This document shows positions 19,509 through 28,823 of a stretch of 64,000 nt of DNA, one piece after another. The notes beneath the pieces were generated by a model that saw only the letters and a program-made list of their open reading frames with translations, did no database searches and had not been told where the DNA came from. The DNA lies in IMG/VR virus record IMGVR_UViG_3300021960_000017. One strand, given 5' to 3'. Numbering within the stretch: the stretch's first letter is position 1; the number at the start of each line of letters is the position of its first letter. This stretch comes from a virus. Its lineage: Duplodnaviria; Caudoviricetes. A program made the translations under genes and the position numbers.

Positions 19509-19700
19509 ATGAGCAAAGAAGTTAGTGTACAAGAGCTATTTGCAAGCCTGCCAAATGTAGGTAACCTTGTAAAGTTTGATGTACGCACAGGCACCGTTTG
19601 TGGCACAGTAGTTGCTGTAACAGACAAGGCTGCTGTAGTTGAATCCGCACTAGGCGGTGTAATGTATCCTGTCCCTTTTAATAAGGTAAGGCCACTTTAA
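19509..19700 (+). CDS. small hypothetical early protein
   Basis: 63 aa, GGAGAGAGCA leader. Confidence 0.7.
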   Translation: MSKEVSVQELFASLPNVGNLVKFDVRTGTVCGTVVAVTDKAAVVESALGGVMYPVPFNKVRPL

Positions 19701-19707
19701 AAACTGG

Positions 19708-19735
19708 TTGACAACTGCGTTATTCGTGTTAATAT
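19708..19735 (+). promoter_or_regulatory. early sigma70-type promoter
   Basis: GG-TTGACA-N16-TAATAT with CGTG before the -10. Confidence 0.78.
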
Positions 19736-19764
19736 AGGTATAGTTAAACAAAAGGAGAGAGCAA

Positions 19765-19986
19765 ATGGCTACCGATTTAAGAAGCAACACAGAAGGTTTA
19801 CAGCTCACTCGTTTTTGGGGCGGAGAAAACCGCGGTGTTTGTGTACAGGTCACCTCCACTTACCGTAATCTTGCTAGTAACGAATTCTTTCAGTATGTAA
19901 CACTGAGCCGTGAAGAAGCTCGTACACTTGCAAATGATTTGCTGGCATTTGCTAACAAGCGTGAAATAGACATCACACGAGCATAA
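19765..19986 (+). CDS. small hypothetical early protein
   Basis: 73 aa, GGAGAGAGCAA leader. Confidence 0.7.
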   Translation: MATDLRSNTEGLQLTRFWGGENRGVCVQVTSTYRNLASNEFFQYVTLSREEARTLANDLLAFANKREIDITRA

Positions 19987-20181
19987 ATGGAAGATAAAAA
20001 ACAAGAGTTTTGGGACGCATTGCGTATGCCTGTTGAGGCAGATAGAAACTGTTCTAACTGTTTACACGGAGGAATAGACACTAAATTCAGATGCTTTCGG
20101 TGTACGCACTGTCCTAGACCAGCTGGTTACTATAGTCCATATGACAAATTAGAAAATTTGTGGGAATGGGATAAAAGTTGA
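19987..20181 (+). CDS. small Cys-rich (CxxC...CxxC) protein
   Basis: CSNC and CFRCTHC. Confidence 0.6.
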   Translation: MEDKKQEFWDALRMPVEADRNCSNCLHGGIDTKFRCFRCTHCPRPAGYYSPYDKLENLWEWDKS

Positions 20182-20190
20182 TAAAAATGG

Positions 20191-20218
20191 TTGACGTAAT
20201 AGCAATCCGTGCTATTAT
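20191..20218 (+). promoter_or_regulatory. early sigma70-type promoter
   Basis: GG-TTGACG-N16-TATTAT with CGTG before the -10. Confidence 0.75.
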
Positions 20219-20243
20219 GAAGGTATAAAGAGGAGAGAGAGAA

Positions 20244-20396
20244 ATGATAAAGTTCGTAATTACAGCCTACACAGAAAAAGGCCCTTATTCCCAAACTTCA
20301 CGTGGCACCGTAAAAGGCATGAACGACGCCTGCACTGAATTACTTCGTGATCCTAGTATTGTTCGTTACACCGTTGAAGAGGTGGAGATAGACTAA
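20244..20396 (+). CDS. 50-aa hypothetical early protein (not in ORF track)
   Basis: MIKFVITAYTEKGPYSQTSRGTVKGMNDACTELLRDPSIVRYTVEEVEID; strong GAGGAG RBS; stop overlaps the next ATG. Confidence 0.7.
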   Translation: MIKFVITAYTEKGPYSQTSRGTVKGMNDACTELLRDPSIVRYTVEEVEID

Positions 20397-21445
20397 TGGA
20401 TTATGTTCTTATCGCAGACGGGCAGTATCAAAAACTGCAAATCAGAGACAAAGTGTTCCCTGTAGTAAAGGGCTTTAAAACTGGCGCCCGCGGGTCCTAC
20501 ATTACTGTGGATGCTAGCATCCTTGGTAGTGACTATGCTCGCCCAGTGCGTATTAAGTGCAGCAAAAAGGATCTAACCTTTGTAGAAGCAGATGCTTACA
20601 AGCGTCAGCTGGCTGCACTAGACATTAATCGGGATATCAAAGCTAAAAAGCAAACGACCTTTACAGAAGCTCAAGATGAGCAACGCATGAAAGAGATTGA
20701 GGAGCGTTTCGAAATCCTCAACGAAATGACAGGTGCTCTTAAGAGCGGTGACATTCGTGCAATGATTGTTACAGGTCCTCCGGGTGTAGGCAAGAGCTAT
20801 GGCGTTACACAGACACTAGAAGCACAAAGCATCTTTGAAGATGTTGCCAGTCAAAAGCGTAAGTTTGAAGTTGTCAAGGGTGCAATGACTGCACTAGGCT
20901 TGTATGCCAAACTATACGAGTACAGCGATAAAGGTAGCGTACTGGTATTCGATGACTGTGACAGTGTACTTATGGACGACCTTGCACTTAACATTCTTAA
21001 GGCTGCACTAGACTCAGGAAAGAAGCGTAAGATATTCTGGAATGCAGACAGTGCTAAATTGCGTAGTGAAGGCATTCCAAGTGACTTTGAGTTTAAAGGT
21101 ACTGCTTGCTTTATTACAAACATCAAGTTCGAGAATGTAAAGAGCAAACGGTTACAGGATCACTTAGAGGCACTGCAATCACGCTGCCACTATCTGGACC
21201 TTACACTAGACACAATGCGTGACAAGTTCCTACGCATCAAACAGATTGCTAGAACTGGCAAGTTGTGGGGTGCAGACTATGGCTTTACTCCAGAAGGAGA
21301 ACAGGAAATCCTAGACTTTATGTATGCTAACCGCAACAAACTCCGCGAAATGAGCCTGCGTATGGCTCTTAAGATTGGTGACCTTAAAAAAATATCAGAA
21401 AAGTGGAAAAGTCTTGCAGAAAGTACTTGCATGAAGCGAGTATAA
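20396..21445 (+). CDS. AAA+ family ATPase
   Basis: Walker A GPPGVGKS, Walker B VLVFDDCD, FITN sensor, ALQSRC arginine finger. Confidence 0.88.
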   Translation: MDYVLIADGQYQKLQIRDKVFPVVKGFKTGARGSYITVDASILGSDYARPVRIKCSKKDLTFVEADAYKRQLAALDINRDIKAKKQTTFTEAQDEQRMKEIEERFEILNEMTGALKSGDIRAMIVTGPPGVGKSYGVTQTLEAQSIFEDVASQKRKFEVVKGAMTALGLYAKLYEYSDKGSVLVFDDCDSVLMDDLALNILKAALDSGKKRKIFWNADSAKLRSEGIPSDFEFKGTACFITNIKFENVKSKRLQDHLEALQSRCHYLDLTLDTMRDKFLRIKQIARTGKLWGADYGFTPEGEQEILDFMYANRNKLREMSLRMALKIGDLKKISEKWKSLAESTCMKRV

Positions 21446-21513
21446 TGTAGTATACTACAAGTTAGTTAGCTGTATCACTTGCTCCTCTCCTCCTCCAGAT
21501 GCAGTTAACACTG

Positions 21514-21550
21514 GGCGGTGTGTTTAGAAATAGACACACCGCCACTCTTT
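21514..21550 (+). terminator. intrinsic terminator
   Basis: GGCGGTGTGTTTA-gaaa-TAGACACACCGCC followed by a T-rich tract. Confidence 0.75.
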
Positions 21551-21564
21551 TATTATAATAAAGT

Positions 21565-22224
21565 ATGAGTGATATGCTTTTATACACGGTAGGTGACAGT
21601 TTTACATTTGGACAGGAACTAACCGATCCTGAGAAATCCTGTTGGCCTAGACTTGTAGCAGACGCCATTGATTATAAATTAATTAATGATGGCCGGCCAG
21701 GAGTAGGTAATGAGTTTATGGTTAAAAAAACTATGCAGGCTGTTGGCGAAATAAAGCCTGATTTGGTTATAGTATCCTGGTCTAGTGCTGGGCGTTGCGA
21801 GTATGCAGATGAATGGGGAGCATATGATATTTGGCCTGCATGTAGCAGTCGTGTGTTTGACCAAGATCCTAAACTATCCTACCGTAAGCAATTAATAAAA
21901 TACATTACAGCCTATAATAATGAAGAACATGAATACCGTAGATGGTTACGACAAGTTATTCTTTTACAGAGCTTTTTAAAATGTTATAATGTAAACTATA
22001 AATTTGTATCAGCATTTGACAATCAACGCCGCAATAAACGATATATGAAGCATAGTGACGGCTATGTTCAAATGATAGATACCGATAACTTTATAGGTTG
22101 GCCATATGAAGGGCTTGTGGAATGGTCTTACAGAACTCCTCAAGGCCCTGGTGGTCATCCACTTGAAGAAGGTCACCAAAAGGTAGCGGAGAAGATAGTT
22201 GAAGCCTTGCGTATTACACGTTAA
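21565..22224 (+). CDS. SGNH/GDSL hydrolase-like protein
   Basis: GDSFTFG, NDGRPGVGN, GGHPLEEGH. Confidence 0.8.
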   Translation: MSDMLLYTVGDSFTFGQELTDPEKSCWPRLVADAIDYKLINDGRPGVGNEFMVKKTMQAVGEIKPDLVIVSWSSAGRCEYADEWGAYDIWPACSSRVFDQDPKLSYRKQLIKYITAYNNEEHEYRRWLRQVILLQSFLKCYNVNYKFVSAFDNQRRNKRYMKHSDGYVQMIDTDNFIGWPYEGLVEWSYRTPQGPGGHPLEEGHQKVAEKIVEALRITR

Positions 22225-23656
22225 AGACGAAGTTAATGTTAAGATAGAAGGCTTAGATTTGGATACTCGCCGCAAGTTGAGTAATAAATTTAAGTATGAG
22301 ATACCTGGTGCTCGTTACATGCCAGCAGTAAGACTTGGACGCTGGGACGGCAAGATGGCTTTCTTCCAGTTAGGCGGCAGTACCTATATTAACTTGCTGC
22401 CTGAGATACTTCCCATCCTTAGCAGTGACGGTTATGATGTTACACTTAATGACGTCAGAGACTATCAGATGGATTATCCGCTGGAGCCAGTGGATGAGAA
22501 TAGTTATGCTGACAAAGTATGGCCTGACAAGCATCCAGCAGCAGGGCAGCCAATCATACTCAGAGACTATCAAGTAGAAGTTATTAATAACTTTTTAACT
22601 AACCCACAAAGCCTACAAGAAGTAGCAACTGGTGCTGGCAAAACACTTATAACCGCAGTGCTAAGTCACAGATGCGAAGCACATGGACGCACTATTGTTA
22701 TTGTGCCCAACAAGAGTTTGGTGACACAAACAGAAGCAGACTACATCAACATGGGGTTAGATGTGGGCGTGTTTTATGGAGACCGTAAAGAGTTTGGGCA
22801 TACACATACCATCTGTACCTGGCAAAGCCTAAACATACTTCTTAAGAATACAAAGAACCAGGTTGCTCCTATAACTATACAAGAGTTTCTAGAGGGCGTC
22901 GTGTGCATCATGGTAGATGAGGTGCATATGGCTAAAGCAGATGCACTAAAGACATTACTCACTGGCGTAATGAGCCAGATACCCATACGCTGGGGATTAA
23001 CTGGAACAGTACCCAAGGAAGACTTTGAAAAGATCAGTTTGGTGTGCAGTTTAGGTCCAGTTATTAATCACATTAGTGCTGCTGATTTACAGGAAAAAGG
23101 AGTACTTGCAAATTGCGAAGTGAATGTGTTACAATTAATAGACTTAAAAGAGTACACAAACTATCAGAGTGAACTAAAATACCTACTAGAGCAGGAAGAT
23201 AGAATAGATTACATTGCTGGTGTAATTGAACAAATTAGACTTACAGGGAATACCCTAGTATTAGTGGATAGGATAAATGCAGGAACAAAAATTACCCAGA
23301 GGATTCCGGGCGCCGTTTTTGTCAGCGGTGGCACGAAGGCACAAGCTCGTAAACAAGAATATGACGAAGTCGCAGATTCTAGCGATAAGGTTATTGTGGC
23401 CACTTATGGTGTTGCCGCTGTGGGTATTAATATCCCTCGCATTTTCAATCTCGTACTTTTGGAGCCTGGTAAGAGCTTCGTTAGAGTTATACAATCTATA
23501 GGGCGAGGTATTCGTAAAGCAGAAGACAAGGACTTTGTTCAAATCTGGGACATTACAAGTACTTGTAGATTTGCAAAACGACATCTAACAAAAAGAAAAG
23601 CATTTTATACTGAAGCAAAATACCCATTTAACGTACAGAAAGTAGACTGGAAATGA
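22199..23656 (+). CDS. uvsW: SF2 DNA helicase UvsW
   Basis: LRDYQ, ATGAGKT, MVDEVH, GLTGT, AVGINIP, QSIGRGIR. Confidence 0.92.
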   Translation: MKPCVLHVKDEVNVKIEGLDLDTRRKLSNKFKYEIPGARYMPAVRLGRWDGKMAFFQLGGSTYINLLPEILPILSSDGYDVTLNDVRDYQMDYPLEPVDENSYADKVWPDKHPAAGQPIILRDYQVEVINNFLTNPQSLQEVATGAGKTLITAVLSHRCEAHGRTIVIVPNKSLVTQTEADYINMGLDVGVFYGDRKEFGHTHTICTWQSLNILLKNTKNQVAPITIQEFLEGVVCIMVDEVHMAKADALKTLLTGVMSQIPIRWGLTGTVPKEDFEKISLVCSLGPVINHISAADLQEKGVLANCEVNVLQLIDLKEYTNYQSELKYLLEQEDRIDYIAGVIEQIRLTGNTLVLVDRINAGTKITQRIPGAVFVSGGTKAQARKQEYDEVADSSDKVIVATYGVAAVGINIPRIFNLVLLEPGKSFVRVIQSIGRGIRKAEDKDFVQIWDITSTCRFAKRHLTKRKAFYTEAKYPFNVQKVDWK

Positions 23657-24279
23657 CTTTATTTTTAAATGGGTGTAGTTATGGCGCGGCATGGAAGGAT
23701 TTCCCAGGTGTAAATCTTAGTAGGGGTGGTGGCAGTTTTTATAGAAGTATAAGAACTACTATGGAATGGATAGCAGTAAACGGAAAACCCGTCTATGTTT
23801 TTATACCTATTACAGTTTGCACTAGATTTGAAGTAAGCAAAGTAGTAGTTGATCAACCTATAGAAGGAGCATATGATCTTGCTCCGTTTGAACATTATAA
23901 AATAGAGGGTCAACTATCTGATAGTTGTTATAGATCCTGGGACTATCTTTTTATGAATATTATAATGTTTGCTAGTTGGTTGGATCAACAAGGTATAAAA
24001 TATTTGATCTGGGATCAGTGTAATAAGTTTGAAAATGTGCATATTACCGGATTTAAAGCATTTGAAAAACTTAAATGGATACAGGAAAATCCAAGGATTG
24101 TTCCACTGTTTGAGTTTTGCGGCAATCAATATATGTATGACAATGGCGGTGAGAGTTTTGATAATGACGCTAATTTGGAACCTTGTATTAGGCATTATGC
24201 GCCAGAGTCATATACAATTTTAAAGCATTATTTAGACAATTATATAAAAACAAAATTAAATGAAAGGGTAGATTGGTGA
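23653..24279 (+). CDS. SGNH-like protein
   Basis: LNGCSY, NLSRGGGS, C-terminal RHY. Confidence 0.65.
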   Translation: MTLFLNGCSYGAAWKDFPGVNLSRGGGSFYRSIRTTMEWIAVNGKPVYVFIPITVCTRFEVSKVVVDQPIEGAYDLAPFEHYKIEGQLSDSCYRSWDYLFMNIIMFASWLDQQGIKYLIWDQCNKFENVHITGFKAFEKLKWIQENPRIVPLFEFCGNQYMYDNGGESFDNDANLEPCIRHYAPESYTILKHYLDNYIKTKLNERVDW

Positions 24280-24776
24280 GAATATTAACACTTGAAGATG
24301 CAGCATTTGAAATGAATGAACTACCTGATGAGGTAGATGATTTGCGTTTTGCTGTACTGGATAATTCAGATCCAGTAAATCCAGACTACTTTTTTATTCC
24401 TCTTATATTTCTAGAAAGTTTTAATGCGCCAGCACTTGTATTACGGATAGCTGGAAATATTATTAAGATGCCAGTGGACTGGAAGATTCTAATTGGCGAA
24501 CCTGAGCATGGCGACCTGGAAATGTGTAACCTGAGTAGCCTTAATGACAGAGGATTTAAAGCATTTAGTTTTAATCCTATTAGCGGGTTTTTAGCAGACT
24601 ATCTTCCTATTGACATTGTAGATTTGTATACTGATGTTAAGTGGTTTTTCCCTAAAATTAAACAGGGCCAAATACTAGCTATTCCTATTGAAACTGGACC
24701 CAAGCCAAGGTGTGTCTATTGTGCTAAAGAAATTAACAAGCAGAACGAAATAATAGACATTAGTAAGGTGTTATGA
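24273..24776 (+). CDS. hypothetical protein (probably core)
   Basis: 167-aa ORF with core-like codon usage in the replication operon. Confidence 0.75.
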   Translation: MVRILTLEDAAFEMNELPDEVDDLRFAVLDNSDPVNPDYFFIPLIFLESFNAPALVLRIAGNIIKMPVDWKILIGEPEHGDLEMCNLSSLNDRGFKAFSFNPISGFLADYLPIDIVDLYTDVKWFFPKIKQGQILAIPIETGPKPRCVYCAKEINKQNEIIDISKVL

Positions 24777-25000
24777 GTTTAGATCTTCATGGTATGACAA
24801 TACACGAAGGCTGGATTTATTTTAATAATGAAGTAGACCAGGCCTTTTGGCGTGGTGTTAAGTCCATGAAGGTAATTACAGGTAAAGGACTTATGCTGCA
24901 TGAGTTTCCAACATGGGCAAGAAACCATCCTAAAATTCGCGAAGTTGAGTTAAACAAAGATGGTGGAAGTTTTCGTGTTTGGTTAAAGAAGAATGCCTAA
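24773..25000 (+). CDS. stand-alone Smr-domain endonuclease
   Basis: LDLHG and KVITGKG motifs, GGSF. Confidence 0.85.
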   Translation: MSLDLHGMTIHEGWIYFNNEVDQAFWRGVKSMKVITGKGLMLHEFPTWARNHPKIREVELNKDGGSFRVWLKKNA

Positions 25001-25262
25001 AATTATCGTAAGAGAAGATTATAGAGTATATTATTATATGGTGGATCCGCAAAGCAGAAGTCACAGAGATGCTATTGCAGAAGTACAGCGTAAGGTTAAT
25101 GATTTTTTTGCGAGTAGAGATATTCAAGCAACTAGACATATACATCGCAGTTCACAGGGCAAGGGTATGATGTGGATTCATTTTGAAACTCTAAACGACA
25201 GCAATATGTTTTACATGGCTCTAGCAGAACATATTACTAGTAAAGGAGTAAGATTTGACTGA
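24993..25262 (+). CDS. hypothetical protein
   Basis: 89-aa coupled ORF. Confidence 0.65.
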   Translation: MPKIIVREDYRVYYYMVDPQSRSHRDAIAEVQRKVNDFFASRDIQATRHIHRSSQGKGMMWIHFETLNDSNMFYMALAEHITSKGVRFD

Positions 25263-25689
25263 ACTGCCTCTTAATCAGGTATTGGGTGCTCTTGATAAAA
25301 AGGATATGAAGTTCTGGGATCGTTGCACACCTGAACAGCAAAAGAAGATTGCTCCATTTCTACTAAACAGATATATGAGTATTGTGAAAGGTAGTGCAGA
25401 GTTGCATGCTTATTATCTCATGGCTACCAATCAGCGTGTGAATGTAAACTATTTTGCACTCAGTAAGCATCCTAAACTTGTATGGCAACTGTTATGTACC
25501 GTGAGCCCAGGCATGGGCAATCAGTTCCATCAGTGGATAGGCAACAAAAAGAAAAAGTCCAGTAATACGGACATACGCAAAAGACTCGCAGAGTTATATC
25601 CTAATTACAAAGAGGATGAACTAGACTTACTAGCCAGTATTACTACAGCATCTGAATTAAAACAACTGGCTGAGGCTAGTGGACAATGA
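25255..25689 (+). CDS. clamp-loader small subunit (T4 gp62-like)
   Basis: FWD..TPEQQKKIAPFLLNRYMS, HPKLVWQLL, YPNYKEDEL. Confidence 0.75.
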   Translation: MTELPLNQVLGALDKKDMKFWDRCTPEQQKKIAPFLLNRYMSIVKGSAELHAYYLMATNQRVNVNYFALSKHPKLVWQLLCTVSPGMGNQFHQWIGNKKKKSSNTDIRKRLAELYPNYKEDELDLLASITTASELKQLAEASGQ

Positions 25690-26483
25690 TAGACTTTAAC
25701 ACAGATAAAGTTGTAATTGCTTACTATCCTCCGGGCGCCGGCGGAAAGACTGTCTTAAACTGTCTAGGAATAAGCAAAAACTTTTGTATACAAGATATTG
25801 ATGCGCCGCTAGACAGTCTTAGCAAGTTTAATCTTATAAAAACACGAATAGATCAATATGAAATAAGCAATAATTGGTCAGATTTAGATTTAGGTTGTGT
25901 ACAACTTTATGGATTAGATGCATTTAAAGGGTTTAGTCCTGCTTTTTATCGTACTGCAATTTATAATGAAAAATTAGTAGAATTATTTCAAAGTGGTATA
26001 TATATGCCAATTGTTTGCCATACATATGCACAATTAAAAAATGTCCTTGGTATTTTTCCTAACAGCCAAATAATTGGGTTGCAGAATAGTTTTAATTTTA
26101 CAGCAAGCCGAAATTACGAAATTTTTAATATTAAAAAAGGATATAATGAAATAAAAGGTGACAATTGGCCCAGGGTAGTACCTAAAAAATTTTCCGATTT
26201 CCCAAAGGAAATTCAACAGGAAATACTAAATGACTTTCCCACATTTTATAATGCAATAACAAACAGAAAACATTATAACGATACATTTTTACAAGATGTT
26301 CATATGGATCATATATGGGATGTGCAATGGTTTTCAAATGTAGAAAAAACTTTAACTGAACTAAAATCCCTTTATAATGCTCTGAAGTTGGATGATTTTG
26401 ATACAGAAAAAATCCGATATTATTACACTAGATGGAAAACAAAAGTATATGATATATCCATGGATAACAATAAAGTCGTATAA
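25686..26483 (+). CDS. P-loop/sulfotransferase-like hypothetical protein
   Basis: N-terminal YYPPGAGGKTV loop; internal YNEIKGDNWP module. Confidence 0.55.
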   Translation: MIDFNTDKVVIAYYPPGAGGKTVLNCLGISKNFCIQDIDAPLDSLSKFNLIKTRIDQYEISNNWSDLDLGCVQLYGLDAFKGFSPAFYRTAIYNEKLVELFQSGIYMPIVCHTYAQLKNVLGIFPNSQIIGLQNSFNFTASRNYEIFNIKKGYNEIKGDNWPRVVPKKFSDFPKEIQQEILNDFPTFYNAITNRKHYNDTFLQDVHMDHIWDVQWFSNVEKTLTELKSLYNALKLDDFDTEKIRYYYTRWKTKVYDISMDNNKVV

Positions 26484-27220
26484 TGCAAATGAATGACTTT
26501 ACAAGTGTTATAAAAGATGCTATAATTAATTATAGTATGGAACCTAAAGATTATACATGTAAGTATTGTGGCAGATCGTATCGTAAAGAAAGCACTCTAG
26601 CAGCGCATCTATGTGAGCCTAAACGTAGAGCACAACAGGAGCGCGAACCTGGTGTACAGATTGGTATGCAGGCTTATTTGCGTTTCTATGAGCTCACACA
26701 GGGCAGTGCTAAACTAAAAACATATGCTGACTTCAGTGAATCGCCATACTATAATGCTTTCGTGAAGTTTGGCAGACATTGTCAGAGCATTCGTGCAATA
26801 AACATCAGTGGCTTTATAGACTATGTAATTAAGGAAAACAAGAAGCTGGATAACTGGACCAAGGACAGTGTATACCAGGACTTCTTGTTTATGCATCTAA
26901 AACGAGAGAGTGTACAGGATGCACTGGAGCGTAGTCTGGAAACCATGGCAGATTGGGCGGCTGAAAAGGAAAGTGTATACAATCATTATTTCCTATATGC
27001 TAGTAAAAATCGTATTGTAAGTGATATTACCAAGGGACGCATCAGCAGTTGGGTTGTGTTTAACAGTAGTACTGGTATTGAAATGCTGGACAAGTTGAGT
27101 ACTGAACAAATTGAGATAGCGTTTCCCTATATTGATCCAGACTTTTGGAAACGCAAGTTTGTGGACTATGTTGCTGATACTGAATGGGTAAAGCATATAC
27201 TAAGTGAGGCAAAAATATAA
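26483..27220 (+). CDS. zinc-finger (C2HC) protein
   Basis: YTCKYCGRSYRKESTLAAHLC. Confidence 0.75.
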   Translation: MQMNDFTSVIKDAIINYSMEPKDYTCKYCGRSYRKESTLAAHLCEPKRRAQQEREPGVQIGMQAYLRFYELTQGSAKLKTYADFSESPYYNAFVKFGRHCQSIRAINISGFIDYVIKENKKLDNWTKDSVYQDFLFMHLKRESVQDALERSLETMADWAAEKESVYNHYFLYASKNRIVSDITKGRISSWVVFNSSTGIEMLDKLSTEQIEIAFPYIDPDFWKRKFVDYVADTEWVKHILSEAKI

Positions 27221-28263
27221 TGTTTGTGTCGGGTACTATAGAAGATTGCTTTACAATGCAATTTTTTGACATTTTATCAGCATATGCAAAAGCAAATAAT
27301 ATCAATATTGATACAGATAAAAAGTTTTATCTAATAGATCATGTTACAGATGATTATCCCCCTGGCTATGATCATTACTTTGTTGAAAATGGAAATGAGC
27401 ATTTATCTGTCTTAGGAAAAGCAAAACGTCTAGTAGACGAACAAAAAGCAGATTTACTATATGGGAGTTATCTGCATAAAAAGCATCCCTTATTTGATAG
27501 AACTATTAGTATGGCTGGAAGTACTAATCTTTCCAATATTTTTTATACAAGTCCTTTTTATTTTACTAGTTTGTTATTTAAAAAACAACATCGCGATAAA
27601 AATTTAACTTTTATAAATGGCGAAAACAGAAGTGTACGACATTATTTTTTAGATCAAGTTAGCAAATATATGGATTTAGTAATTAACAATAGTCAGTCAA
27701 CAATCAAAACAAATCTAACTGGATATTATAATAATGCTGATAATATCTTTGCAAATTATTGTAACAATTTATATGACATAGATAATTCACCTACCAATCA
27801 TATTAGTACGAATATAATAAGTTTTGGAAAATTTGGTCAAACCAGATTAAGTTATGAACCTTTGCCAGAGTATTTTACAAGTCGTTGTATGGTTTATCCA
27901 GAAACTACCTTTTATAACTGGGAAATATTTATTACTGAAAAAACATGGAAATGTGTAAAAGCAAAAACACACTGGATTATATTTGCAGGTGCAGGTAGTT
28001 ATGAAGTAATGCGTGAAGTAGGATTAAGGAGCATTATAGAACTATGTCCAGATTCTATGAATGACTTTGACAGTATCGAAGATCATATCCTTAGAATAGA
28101 AAAAATTAGTAAATGTTGTGAATATATTTCTAATAACAGTAGCATATTTGATAGTTCTGAAGCACATAATATGTTAGAATTAAATTATGAAAATTTCCAT
28201 AATCCATTATTAAGTGTGGAACGTTGCGTAAAACCCTTTATTGATAGGTATATAAGCACATGA
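27220..28263 (+). CDS. GT10-like protein (paralog of 14139..15128)
   Basis: FINGENR, VYPETT...FITEKTWK..KAKTHWIIFAG. Confidence 0.55.
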   Translation: MFVSGTIEDCFTMQFFDILSAYAKANNINIDTDKKFYLIDHVTDDYPPGYDHYFVENGNEHLSVLGKAKRLVDEQKADLLYGSYLHKKHPLFDRTISMAGSTNLSNIFYTSPFYFTSLLFKKQHRDKNLTFINGENRSVRHYFLDQVSKYMDLVINNSQSTIKTNLTGYYNNADNIFANYCNNLYDIDNSPTNHISTNIISFGKFGQTRLSYEPLPEYFTSRCMVYPETTFYNWEIFITEKTWKCVKAKTHWIIFAGAGSYEVMREVGLRSIIELCPDSMNDFDSIEDHILRIEKISKCCEYISNNSSIFDSSEAHNMLELNYENFHNPLLSVERCVKPFIDRYIST

Positions 28264-28823
28264 TTGACTTGCCTGATATTGATATAGACTTTAAAAATAG
28301 ATCTGATATTTTAAAGTTTATAGAGCATACACCTGCAAGATTAGAGACTGGCAGGCAGCATAACACTGGTGTATACTTTACTGACATACCCAGTGCAGGT
28401 GATGGTATGAGTACCTTTGATCACAAGCAAGCGGAACAACTGGGTTACTTTAAATTAGATTTGCTCAATGTAAGCGTATATGATCAGGTAAGAGACGAAG
28501 TACATTTAGTAGAATTAATGACTACAGAACCTCGGTGGAATAGACTCTGGGAAGATAGGGAGTTTTGTGAACAAATTGTACACATTGGTAATCATTATGA
28601 TTTAATTAAACAAATGAAGCCAGACAGTATACCCAGGATGGCTATGTTTTTAGCAGTGATGCGGCCAGGTAAAGCACACTTGCGTAACAAACCCTGGGCG
28701 GAAATTGCCAAAACTGTCTGGCAGCGACCTGAAAACGACAAATACTTTTTTAAGAAATCACACAGTGTAAGTTATGCACATCTTGTAGTCGTGCACATGA
28801 ATTTACTTGACTCGCTTAACTAG
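28260..28823 (+). CDS. minimal DNA polymerase III alpha (DnaE)-like protein, 187 aa
   Basis: PDIDIDF, HNTGVYF, FKLDLL, LAVMRPG, FKKSHSVSYA. Confidence 0.85.
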   Translation: MIDLPDIDIDFKNRSDILKFIEHTPARLETGRQHNTGVYFTDIPSAGDGMSTFDHKQAEQLGYFKLDLLNVSVYDQVRDEVHLVELMTTEPRWNRLWEDREFCEQIVHIGNHYDLIKQMKPDSIPRMAMFLAVMRPGKAHLRNKPWAEIAKTVWQRPENDKYFFKKSHSVSYAHLVVVHMNLLDSLN

